In this document: piece by piece, positions 42,730 to 50,718 of the stretch
How the letters are laid out: each line of letters opens with the position of its first letter
Position numbering within the stretch: the first letter of the stretch is position 1
DNA from: Candidatus Nomurabacteria bacterium
Lineage (GTDB): Bacteria; Patescibacteriota; Minisyncoccia; Phycocordibacterales; UBA5272
Direction of reading: 5' to 3'
Length of the DNA stretch: 64,000 bases
NCBI GenBank assembly: GCA_029288775.1
Contig: JARIGQ010000004.1
Coordinates: 3,303 to 67,302, forward strand
Notes under the pieces: generated by a model
What the model was told of the DNA's origin: nothing
What the model saw: the letters and a program-made list of their open reading frames with translations, nothing else
The model's database searches: none
Translations under genes and position numbers: made by a program

Positions 42730-45051
42730 ATGAAAGAAAATATGAAAAATAGAATAAGTAAGAACGTAGCAGCGATAAAAAGGCAAAGCCTTTTTATCGC
42801 TGTATTACTGATCGCCCTTTTCTGTAGTACTGTATGGACTAAAATCACTATATCAACTGTATTTACTGTACCCACTGCGTCTGCTGCCATTGTTCCCGTT
42901 CAGCCCTCCAATCAGGGTCTTGTTGGATATTGGAAGTTTGATGAAGGGGAAACGGCAACAGCAAAGGATTATTCCGGCAATCGTCTCAATGGAACTTTAA
43001 ATAATTTTTCCAGTACACCCTCTACCACAAGCGGATGGCAGACAAAGGGGAAAATAAATGGAAGTATTGCGTTGGATGGTGTGGATGATTATGTGCATAT
43101 TGGTACCCCGTCCGCTTTAAATATTACAGGAGATCTAACTCTTTCTGCTTGGGTAAATCCGCGAGCTTACACAAGTAATCCGTGTGGAGGAACTGCTCAA
43201 TTTCCGGTCTTTGGAAGAATCACTAATAGTAGATCTCCCTATGTTTTATCTATTGCCGCTAATTCTATCCTTTTTGGTAATAACCTTACTTCGGGAGGAG
43301 ATGTAAATAATTGGCAATATTTGATCCCCTCAACTTCGAATCCTGTTAATAAATGGGTACATGTAGCAGCGGTACGCTCTGGTACTACAATGATGGTTTA
43401 TAAAAATGGAGTTTTATTAGCTACTTCTACTCTTTTAGGTCCTAGTGTAAACACCTCATGGTCCGGGATACGTTTTGGGTTTGATGGATGTGGGAATTAT
43501 TACGCATCTGGATCCTTGGATGAATTATATATTTACAATCGAGCCTTATCTTCTTCTGAAATTGCTTATCTTGCAAAAAATGCCCCAACGTCAATTGGTG
43601 CTACGGCCACTTCCACTGCTTCATCGCTTACAAATGGCTTACAGCTCTACTACTCTTTTGATGGGAAAAATACTACGCCTACTTCTATTCCAGATATGTC
43701 TGGCAATGGGAATACAGGGACCGGATCATCAAGTACTGCCTTTGCTACCGCAGGGTCACTTAGTACGGGGAAAATAGGGCAAGGGGTTTTACTTACTTCT
43801 ACAACCACTGGTGCCTCGTATGTTCAGTATATTGATACAGGTTCCTCGACTTTTAACATTACGAATAAACTTACCATTTCTGCCTGGATTAAACCTAACG
43901 CAGCAGGGATCAAGACAAACACCATTCTTTCAAATGCCCGCGACTGCGGTGGTTGTGGCACATATAAAGGATTTAATTTCGGTAGCACTGCCGCCTATAA
44001 TGGTCTTAGTTTTTCCTATTTCGATTCTAATTCTTCGGGTCCGTTTGGTCTTACTGTGAGTAATTACTTTCCTCCAATTAATACGTGGACACATTTGGTA
44101 GTAACATTTAATAACAAAGTCACTAAAATTTATGCTAATGGAGTTTTAATTTCAAGTGGTACTATCGGAGGTACAGGTACAATAGGTACTCCTTTTAGTT
44201 TTGACAGTTTTGTTGGACGATATGGTTTTAGTCCAGGGTTCGGTTCTTCAAATGCTGTGTATGATGAGGTGCGTCTTTATAACCGAGATTTAAGTGTGAG
44301 TGAAATACAGCAGCTCTATAAGCTTGGGCAAGTGAAGCTTGCAAGCTCGGACCCCATATCTGCTCAATCAGGCACCGCTTCAGGACTCGTTGCTCATTTT
44401 ACTTTTGATGGCAAGAATATGACTTCAACATCTACTCTCGATAGTTCTGGTGGAGGAAATACCGGAACCTTAAACGGATCACCTCGTACAGATATTGGAA
44501 AAATTGGACAGGGATTAAGGTTTAATGGGAATGGTCAGTATGTTTCTCTTCCGAACTCCTCTCTTGAGCTTTCTGTACCGCTTTCATTTTCTGTATGGAT
44601 TAAACCAGTTCTACCTTCCTCTGCCGCAGGTTTAATTACTACCGATAAATCAGGAAGTAGTGTTCACTCAGGAGCTTGGATTGATTTACAAAGCAACGGA
44701 GCGCTAGGTCTAAACTACGGAAATAATACTATATGCGGCCCGACGGGTAGAAGATCATTTGCTACAGGTGGAGGGGTTATACAATCAAATAAATGGTACC
44801 ACGTTGTGGGGATTATACGTGGTCCAGTGGATATGAGTATTTATGTAAATGGAGTAAATATAAGCGGGTCATATAGCGGATCTGGTACCAATATTGTTTA
44901 TAGATCCGATTCAGGTCCTAGAATTGGAAGGGAAGATAATTGTTTAGCGAATTATTGGGACTATAGTGGATTAATGGATGATGTCCGTATCTATAATAAG
45001 GCACTTTCTGCTGCAGAAGTTCAACAGCTCTATAAATTAGGAGGAAAGTAG
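42730..45051 (+). CDS. Secreted protein with three LamG/concanavalin A-like lectin domains (Laminin_G_3 type)
   Basis: N-terminal TM/signal segment (LFIAVLLIALFCSTVW). Three repeats of the LVGYWKFDEG...DYSGNRLNGTL...GKINGSIALDG.DDYV ... LYIYNRALS pattern. The ORF track starts at GTG 42703; ATG 42730 is preferred. Confidence 0.75.
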   Translation: MKENMKNRISKNVAAIKRQSLFIAVLLIALFCSTVWTKITISTVFTVPTASAAIVPVQPSNQGLVGYWKFDEGETATAKDYSGNRLNGTLNNFSSTPSTTSGWQTKGKINGSIALDGVDDYVHIGTPSALNITGDLTLSAWVNPRAYTSNPCGGTAQFPVFGRITNSRSPYVLSIAANSILFGNNLTSGGDVNNWQYLIPSTSNPVNKWVHVAAVRSGTTMMVYKNGVLLATSTLLGPSVNTSWSGIRFGFDGCGNYYASGSLDELYIYNRALSSSEIAYLAKNAPTSIGATATSTASSLTNGLQLYYSFDGKNTTPTSIPDMSGNGNTGTGSSSTAFATAGSLSTGKIGQGVLLTSTTTGASYVQYIDTGSSTFNITNKLTISAWIKPNAAGIKTNTILSNARDCGGCGTYKGFNFGSTAAYNGLSFSYFDSNSSGPFGLTVSNYFPPINTWTHLVVTFNNKVTKIYANGVLISSGTIGGTGTIGTPFSFDSFVGRYGFSPGFGSSNAVYDEVRLYNRDLSVSEIQQLYKLGQVKLASSDPISAQSGTASGLVAHFTFDGKNMTSTSTLDSSGGGNTGTLNGSPRTDIGKIGQGLRFNGNGQYVSLPNSSLELSVPLSFSVWIKPVLPSSAAGLITTDKSGSSVHSGAWIDLQSNGALGLNYGNNTICGPTGRRSFATGGGVIQSNKWYHVVGIIRGPVDMSIYVNGVNISGSYSGSGTNIVYRSDSGPRIGREDNCLANYWDYSGLMDDVRIYNKALSAAEVQQLYKLGGK

Positions 45052-45079
45052 GAGCAGTGGAGATGGCAGGTTTCGGTAA

Positions 45080-45202
45080 AATACAGTGACTCAGTAAGTT
45101 GCAGCAGGTAAGTAATTTCAGTAAATACAGTAATGCGAGAGTGATTACTTGTTTACTGACACTACTGCGTACACTGGGCTACTGTGCCGCTGAAATTACT
45201 TG
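45080..45202. repeat. Intergenic CAGTA/TACTG element B (both arms)
   Basis: CAGTG/CAGTA at 45085, 45092, 45119 and 45128; then TACTT/TACTG/CACTG at 45146, 45154, 45163, 45172, 45180 and 45197 (8-9-bp phase). The inverted pair AAGTAATTTCAG / CTGAAATTACTT. Confidence 0.75.
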
Positions 45203-45251
45203 AATTTTCGCTCTTGCTAAAAAGTGTAGAATAAGGTAAAATAAGTGCATT

Positions 45252-45437
45252 ATGGTAGTACGAATGAGACACACCCGAGCGCATACGGCTAACCGTCGCT
45301 CACACCACGCGCTTAAGGCAGCGAACCTTGTTGCTTGCAAGAACTGTAACGCCATGAAGACTCCGCACCGCGTTTGTGACGCCTGCGGCTATTATCGTGG
45401 CCAGAAAGTGCTTACAATAAAGGCAAAGGTGCAGTAA
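45252..45437 (+). CDS. rpmF: 50S ribosomal protein L32
   Basis: RRSHHALKA...C.NC...K.PHRVC.CGYYRG, the L32 signature with a Zn-ribbon. Confidence 0.8.
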   Translation: MVVRMRHTRAHTANRRSHHALKAANLVACKNCNAMKTPHRVCDACGYYRGQKVLTIKAKVQ

Positions 45438-45553
45438 ATTAAGTAGTTTCAGTATATACAGTGCCCAGTAAGTTGCATTAGGTAAGTAATTTCAGTAGCA
45501 CGATTACTGAGCCACTGAAACTACTGCATGCACTGGACTACTGAAATGTACTA
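45430..45553. repeat. Intergenic CAGTA/TACTG element C (both arms); overlaps the rpmF stop codon
   Basis: GCAGTAAAT includes the rpmF TAA. CAGTA/CAGTG at 45450, 45459, 45466 and 45493; then TACTG/CACTG alternating at 45504, 45513, 45522, 45531 and 45539, and TACTA at 45549 (9-bp phase). Confidence 0.75.
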
Positions 45554-45663
45554 CCCTAATGGGCTATTGAAATGCACTGCCTCCACTTTCCACAATTTTC
45601 GTTTTTCTATCTGCACATGTGCGCTACACTATACTGATAAGTAAGTCATAGATCTTTTCCTTC

Positions 45664-46563
45664 ATGAGTACTCGCCACATAGCCCGAACACTCGCTCTCC
45701 AAACACTTTTTGAACTCGACATGAAAGGTGAGCTTGGCATTACTCAGGATGCCGTAGAGCCTATTCTTATACGCAATAGGGACGAGTTTGGCGAAGGCAT
45801 AAAGGATGCCTCATTTGCAAAAGATATTTTGACCAACGCTCTTTCGCGCCGTATCACTATTGATGACATTATTACACGTGCGGCTCCAGATTGGCCACTC
45901 GAAAAAATTAGTACCGTAGATAGGAACATTTTACGCATTGGACTTACCGAGCTTTTGTTTGGTGATCGCGGACAAGTTCCTCCGAAGGTAGCTATCGACG
46001 AAGCAATAGAACTTGCAAAAACCTATGGTGGAGAAACTTCGGGCCGCTTTGTAAACGGTGTACTCGGCGCTATATATAAGGAAATGGGCGAACCTGAAAA
46101 GGAACAGACCACTAAGACCAAATCCGAGCATATGAAATCCGCTCCGAAAGAAATGCTTGCGGGTGCGGTCGTCCTTTCGAAAACTGATGGCAAACTCCAT
46201 GTCGGACTTGTCCATGATGTGTTTGGTTATTGGACGCTTCCAAAAGGACGACTTGAAGAGGGAGAGGATTTGGAGAAGGGGGCAAAGCGTAAAATTGAAT
46301 CTGAAATCGGTATTCCAGTTACTATTATGGATAAGCTTGGTGAGAATGAATATATCGCTAATAAGCCGGAAACTGGAAAGGTGGTCAAGCATGTAAGCTA
46401 TTTCTTGGCTACCGCAAAATATATTCCGCTTCAGCTCGAAAAGAAGACTGGCCTTGATGATGCTAAGTGGTTTGATGCTGATGAAGTAAGTGAGCTTCGT
46501 ATTTATGATGACATTAAGCCGCTTATCGAAAAGGCACTGTCTCTTGCTGAAAAGATTGTATAA
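45664..46563 (+). CDS. nusB: NusB (transcription antitermination) domain fused to a C-terminal NUDIX hydrolase domain
   Basis: N-terminus: ARTLALQTLFELD, LRIGLTELLF, AIDEAIELAKTYGGETSGRFVNGVLG (NusB). C-terminus: Nudix box PKGRLEEGEDLEKGAKRKIESEIGI (GX5EX7REUXEEXGU), after GAVVLSKTDGKLHVGLV. Confidence 0.8.
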   Translation: MSTRHIARTLALQTLFELDMKGELGITQDAVEPILIRNRDEFGEGIKDASFAKDILTNALSRRITIDDIITRAAPDWPLEKISTVDRNILRIGLTELLFGDRGQVPPKVAIDEAIELAKTYGGETSGRFVNGVLGAIYKEMGEPEKEQTTKTKSEHMKSAPKEMLAGAVVLSKTDGKLHVGLVHDVFGYWTLPKGRLEEGEDLEKGAKRKIESEIGIPVTIMDKLGENEYIANKPETGKVVKHVSYFLATAKYIPLQLEKKTGLDDAKWFDADEVSELRIYDDIKPLIEKALSLAEKIV

Positions 46564-46575
46564 TTCGGTGAATCT

Positions 46576-47268
46576 ATGACTCTTCAAGAATTTGAGCGCT
46601 CCATTTCAGTAACCTTCAAGAATAAGGCTCTTTTGGAGCAAGCGTTTATTCATCGTAGTTTTATTAATGAAAATCCAAGAAGCGGTTTGGAACATAATGA
46701 ACGCTTGGAATTTTTAGGGGATGCTGTCCTTGAGCTTGTGGTGACAGAATTTTTGTATGAAACCTATCCTCATCACAACGAAGGAGACCTGACCGCCTAC
46801 CGCTCAGCCCTTGTGAATGCGGTGACATTGGGCAAAGTGGCAGATGATCTTGGGTTTAACGATTTGATGAAGCTCTCCAAAGGAGAGGCGAAGGATGTGT
46901 CACGTGCGCGTTCGTCTATCTTGGCGGATGCGTACGAAGCATTCGTTGGGGCGCTTTATTTGGATCAAGGGTATAAAGAGGCAAAAGTATTTATTTCTAA
47001 AACGGTACTCATTAAAACAGAGGATATCGTCAAGCAAGGATTGTACAAGGATGCTAAAAGTTTCGTCCAAGAAAAAGCTCAAGAGGTGAGAAGTGTTACT
47101 CCTGCTTATCGTGTGCTTGGAGAGGAAGGGCCGGATCATGATAAACGATTCCGCGTAGGTATTTATTTTGGTGAAGAATTGATAAGTGAGGGTGTAGGTA
47201 AGAGCAAGCAAGAAGCAGAAACCGAAGCAGCTCGCGCCGCACTTATTAAAATGCAGTGGATGGAGTAA
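46576..47268 (+). CDS. rnc: Ribonuclease III
   Basis: ERLEFLGDAVLEL signature, ADAYEAFVGALYLD, and a C-terminal dsRBD (KSFVQEKAQEV...GVGKSKQEAETEAARAAL). Confidence 0.9.
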   Translation: MTLQEFERSISVTFKNKALLEQAFIHRSFINENPRSGLEHNERLEFLGDAVLELVVTEFLYETYPHHNEGDLTAYRSALVNAVTLGKVADDLGFNDLMKLSKGEAKDVSRARSSILADAYEAFVGALYLDQGYKEAKVFISKTVLIKTEDIVKQGLYKDAKSFVQEKAQEVRSVTPAYRVLGEEGPDHDKRFRVGIYFGEELISEGVGKSKQEAETEAARAALIKMQWME

Positions 47269-47380
47269 ATACAGTATATACAGTAATTTCAGTGGCCCAG
47301 TAGGGTAGTACATTTCAGTAAATACAGTATTTAGTGGCACAATAGATACACTAAACCTAGTGGTTTCAGTTCGTTGCAGT
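47266..47380. repeat. Intergenic CAGTA-array element D (CAGTA arm only); begins at the rnc stop codon
   Basis: GAGTAAATACAGTATATACAGTAATTTCAGTGGCCCAGTAGG...TTTCAGTAAATACAGTA; CAGTA/CAGTG at 47272, 47281, 47290, 47298, 47316 and 47325 (9-bp phase). Confidence 0.75.
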
Positions 47381-47406
47381 GGTAGTTTTTGTAGTACACT
47401 TTGTGA

Positions 47407-47766
47407 ATGCTGGAGTATAAAGATCTGATTGTTTGGCAAAAGGCTTTTGATCTGTCATTGCATATTTACAAAGCAACTGAACAATTTCCGGAGGTAGAAA
47501 AATTTGGTTTGCAATCACAAATGCGAAGAGCTGCTGTTTCTATCCCTTCTAACATTGCCGAAGGTAGTCGACGTGGAACTCATAAAGATTATATTTCTTT
47601 TCTTAGAGTTGCCGACGGGTCTGCGGCAGAATTGGAGACACAATTGTTGTTGGCTCATGCATTAAAGTATATGTCTGAACCTCAATTTACCACTTCGCAG
47701 GAACTTCTTATGGAAGTACGCAAAATGCTGCCTTCAGTGATAGGTAGGTTGCAATCTTCTTCTTAA
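47407..47766 (+). CDS. Four-helix-bundle protein (23S rRNA intervening-sequence protein family, TIGR02436-like)
   Basis: Family-typical MLEYKDLIVWQKAFDLSLHIYKATEQFP..EKFGLQSQMRRAAVSIPSNIAEGSRRGTHKDYISFLRVADGSAAELETQLLLA. Confidence 0.8.
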   Translation: MLEYKDLIVWQKAFDLSLHIYKATEQFPEVEKFGLQSQMRRAAVSIPSNIAEGSRRGTHKDYISFLRVADGSAAELETQLLLAHALKYMSEPQFTTSQELLMEVRKMLPSVIGRLQSSS

Positions 47767-47768
47767 AT

Positions 47769-47820
47769 GTACTATAGTACTGAAACTACTGTGTTTACTG
47801 AAATTACTTTATTTTTACTT
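47769..47820. repeat. Intergenic TACTG-array element E (TACTG arm only)
   Basis: TACTG at 47779, 47788 and 47797; TACTT at 47806 and 47816 (9-bp phase). Its reverse complement matches element D over about 25 nt (AGTAATTTCAGT....CAGTAG). Confidence 0.75.
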
Positions 47821-47822
47821 GT

Positions 47823-48554
47823 ATGCGTTTAGATCAGGCGCTTGTAACACGTGCTTTATGCGAATCACGCACAGAAGCGCAGGAGCTTATCGAAAAGTCA
47901 TTGGTGCTTGTAAATGGGGTGATTGTTACTAAGCAAACAAAGGCAATCAAGGATACGGATGAATTGAGCGTACAAGGAAAGCGAAGTTTTGTATCCCGGG
48001 GAGGGGAGAAACTTAAAGGTATTCTGCAGGATATTTATGGAGATGAGGAAGTCATACAAAGCCAGGTGCAAGGAAAACAGGCACTTGATATTGGTTCATC
48101 TACCGGCGGGTTTACGGATTGCTTGCTTTCGTATGGAGCTGCGCACGTTGATGCGGTTGATGTGGGCACAGACCAATTTCATGCTCGATTACGAGGAGAT
48201 ACACGAATTACGCTTTTTGAATCTACAGACATACGTGCATTCCAAGCTTCCCGTGAGTATGATATCGTGGTTGCTGATCTTTCTTTTATTTCCCTTGAGC
48301 CTTTGTTTGAAACTATTCTTTCTTTTGGAAAAAATGGAACGGCATTTTTTCTTCTCATTAAGCCGCAGTTTGAAGTGGGGAAAGGAAATACGAAAAAAGG
48401 CATTGTAAAAGATATGGAGCTTGTGCTTTCACTTCTTAAAAAATATGAAGTCATCGCCAAATTACATGGAATGACTGATTTACAAATACTTCCGTGTCAT
48501 ATTCAGGGAGGTGAGGGTAATCAGGAATTTTTCTTATACGGAGTGTGTGCATAA
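47823..48554 (+). CDS. tlyA: TlyA-family rRNA 2'-O-methyltransferase (S4 domain plus FtsJ-like MTase)
   Basis: MRLDQALVTRALCESRTEAQELI..VLVNG (S4), FVSRGGEKL, LDIGSSTGGFTDCLLSYGAAHVDAVDVGTDQ. Confidence 0.85.
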   Translation: MRLDQALVTRALCESRTEAQELIEKSLVLVNGVIVTKQTKAIKDTDELSVQGKRSFVSRGGEKLKGILQDIYGDEEVIQSQVQGKQALDIGSSTGGFTDCLLSYGAAHVDAVDVGTDQFHARLRGDTRITLFESTDIRAFQASREYDIVVADLSFISLEPLFETILSFGKNGTAFFLLIKPQFEVGKGNTKKGIVKDMELVLSLLKKYEVIAKLHGMTDLQILPCHIQGGEGNQEFFLYGVCA

Positions 48555-48556
48555 GA

Positions 48557-48596
48557 TGCAAAGCAAAACCGCCCTTCCGGGCGGTTTTGCTTTGCA
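48557..48596. terminator. Bidirectional intrinsic terminator shared by tlyA (+) and the convergent RRM gene (-)
   Basis: TGCAAAGCAAAACCGCCC-TTCC-GGGCGGTTTTGCTTTGCA, a perfect 18-bp stem with A/T-runs on both sides. Confidence 0.8.
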
Positions 48597-48615
48597 TTAA
48601 TCTGCTGCAGACAGA

Positions 48616-48897
48616 TTAGAATGCGCGACGTGGACGATCCTCTCGCGGAGCGAGTGGACGCGCGATGTTCACCGTAAGACGGCGACCCTGGAAATCCTGG
48701 TCATGGAACATAGCGATAGCCTTTTGAGCCTCTTCTTCAGACGCCATCTCAACGAAGCCGAAGCCCTTTGAGCGGTTAGTCATCTTGTCGATAATGATTT
48801 GAGCAGAAGTTACAGTTCCAGCTGCGCTGAAATGCGCCTTAAGATCCTCATTTGTAGAAGAGTAAGGTATTCCACCTACGTAAAGTTTTGAATTCAT
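48616..48897 (-). CDS. RRM-type RNA-binding protein
   Basis: RNP-2 LYVGGI and RNP-1 KGFGFVEM motifs; Arg-rich C-terminal tail. Confidence 0.8.
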   Translation of the reverse strand: MNSKLYVGGIPYSSTNEDLKAHFSAAGTVTSAQIIIDKMTNRSKGFGFVEMASEEEAQKAIAMFHDQDFQGRRLTVNIARPLAPREDRPRRAF

Positions 48898-49000
48898 TGA
48901 TGTAGAAACTAATTGTTAACAATAAGCCCTAGCACACATTCCTAAAAACGTGGAGTTGCTTATGATCTCATACTACCACATCTAGGGTAAATAGTAAACA

Positions 49001-49138
49001 CAGTGGGGTAGTAATTTTAGTAGCCCAGTGTATGCAGTAAATGCAGCACATTTCAGTAATGCGATGATGAATGTACTGAAATTACTACCTAAGGGTATCT
49101 ACTGTGTCACTGGGTGTACTGCCCCACTGGGTCTACTT
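49001..49138. repeat. Intergenic CAGTA/TACTG element F (both arms)
   Basis: CAGTG/CAGTA at 49001, 49026, 49035 and 49054; TACTG/CACTG at 49073, 49083, 49100, 49108, 49117 and 49126; TACTT at 49134. Confidence 0.75.
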
Positions 49139-49142
49139 GCAT

Positions 49143-50618
49143 TTATAGTTTGCCGAGATCAAGCGTCTGGGTAATACCAAGTTCTCGTACGAATTCTCCT
49201 ACGTGGGATACGACAATAATCGGTCCTTCGAAGTTTTTTATTGCTTCGGCGATTACGGGGATGTGGCGGAAGTTGATATGGTTTGTCGGTTCGTCTAAGA
49301 TGAGGAGTCCTGGTTCTTGGAGACGAAGGTAGGCAAACATAAGGAGTCCTTTTTGGCCTTCTGAAAGAAGTCCAATTTTGGAAGCGAGTTGTTCTGCACC
49401 TAAAAGCATGGATGCGGCGACGCGGCGAATGAGCTGATCATCGAGCTTTTTCAATACCTTGGCAAGTTCTTGGTAGGCGCTTTTGTCGAAATCAAGCGTA
49501 GAGAAGTCCTGACGGTAATAGCCAATGCGTATTCCTTCTTTTACGCTGACGCCTTTTTCGGTACCTTTGGCAATCTTTTCAAGAAGCGTGGTTTTTCCAA
49601 TACCGTTGGGTCCTACGATATGGAGCTTGTCACCTTTGCGAAGTTCAAGCTCAACATTTCGCTTTACGGGAGTGCCATCATGCAATACTTCAACCGATTC
49701 AAAGCGTACGATAACCGAACCAATATCTTCCTGACATTTAATGTCGAATGGTCTGATGGTACGGTCTTCCTTTCGTACATCCACCTTGTCTTCTTCCATT
49801 TCATCGATTTCATCACGGAGCTTAGCGGCAAGTTTTCGCATCTTACCTCCTTTGTGCGCGAAGAAGTTCACTTTTTCCTTGTTGCTTAGAATTTCCTTTT
49901 CGAGCTGGGCATTGGCACGCTGTTCGCGTTCCACTTGGCGCTTGATATCTTCTACTACTTTGTAGTAATTACCTACATACTGTTCTACTTTACGATTTTG
50001 AGTATTGATATAGAGGACACCATGAGTAAAGGCATTGAGGAAGGGAGCATCGTGAGAAATAACAAGTACGGTGCCCGGGTAATTTTTGAGGAAATCTGTA
50101 AGCAGGGCAATGCCAGCCTTATCCAAATTGTTGGTTGGTTCATCCAACAGCAAAATATCTGGATTTTGGATGAGCGCTTGCGCGATGAGAAGGCGTCCTT
50201 TTTGTCCACCTGAGAGTTCTTTGATGGTACGATCAAGCGGCACGTTCAATTGCACTTCGGTAAAGACTTCCTTGGCGCGCTTATCAATATCGTAGATCTT
50301 TTCGTCAAAAGCCTTTTCCAAGAATTGTCGCACAGTAAGATGCCACTGCGAGTGGGGGATGAATTGTTTAGCAATTGCTACATGCAAATCCTGTCCAATA
50401 ATAATGCGGCCTTCATCGGCTTTGCGTTCACCCATAATAAGCGAAAAGAGCGTGGACTTACCGGCGCCGTTTTGCCCCATAAGCGTGAGCTTGGTTCCTT
50501 TGCGTACAACAAAATTCGCCTCATCTAAGATGCGTTTGTTTTCGCCAAAGTTAAAGATGACGTCTTCGAAGCGAAGCACTGCTTCACCTCCTTGTGGAAT
50601 TGCTTTTTCGACTGCCAT
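49143..50618 (-). CDS. ABC-F family ATPase (two ABC domains, no TM; EttA/Uup-like)
   Basis: Two copies each of Walker A (GQNGAGKST; GPNGIGKTT), the ABC signature (LSGGQKGRL; LSEGQKGLL) and Walker B (LLLDEPTN; LILDEPTN). The start is trimmed to ATG 50618 (MAVEKAI...). Confidence 0.85.
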   Translation of the reverse strand: MAVEKAIPQGGEAVLRFEDVIFNFGENKRILDEANFVVRKGTKLTLMGQNGAGKSTLFSLIMGERKADEGRIIIGQDLHVAIAKQFIPHSQWHLTVRQFLEKAFDEKIYDIDKRAKEVFTEVQLNVPLDRTIKELSGGQKGRLLIAQALIQNPDILLLDEPTNNLDKAGIALLTDFLKNYPGTVLVISHDAPFLNAFTHGVLYINTQNRKVEQYVGNYYKVVEDIKRQVEREQRANAQLEKEILSNKEKVNFFAHKGGKMRKLAAKLRDEIDEMEEDKVDVRKEDRTIRPFDIKCQEDIGSVIVRFESVEVLHDGTPVKRNVELELRKGDKLHIVGPNGIGKTTLLEKIAKGTEKGVSVKEGIRIGYYRQDFSTLDFDKSAYQELAKVLKKLDDQLIRRVAASMLLGAEQLASKIGLLSEGQKGLLMFAYLRLQEPGLLILDEPTNHINFRHIPVIAEAIKNFEGPIIVVSHVGEFVRELGITQTLDLGKL

Positions 50619-50630
50619 ATAAAGAGAAAT

Positions 50631-50642
50631 GCCCACGTGGGC
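50631..50642. promoter_or_regulatory. Perfect 12-bp palindrome GCCCACGTGGGC in the divergent ABC-F / nrnA intergenic region
   Basis: Seen directly; 13 bp upstream of the ABC-F ATG. Confidence 0.3.
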
Positions 50643-50718
50643 AGCTCGTCTATAGTAACACATTTTCCTTCTTTTGTCAGTTCTGTTGAACGGCTGCTCC
50701 TCACTGTATACTTATTTT

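Noticed and set aside
48903-48925. 10-bp palindrome TTGTTAACAA upstream of the RRM gene
   Set aside because: A short AT-rich palindrome (HpaI-site based) is expected by chance in AT-rich leaders, with no repetition elsewhere in the window.
49470-50622. Multiple plus-strand ORFs (49470-49889, 49935-50213, 50250-50528, 50359-50622) inside the ABC-F gene
   Set aside because: They are antisense to a well-supported ABC-F CDS with intact Walker/signature motifs, and have no homology of their own.
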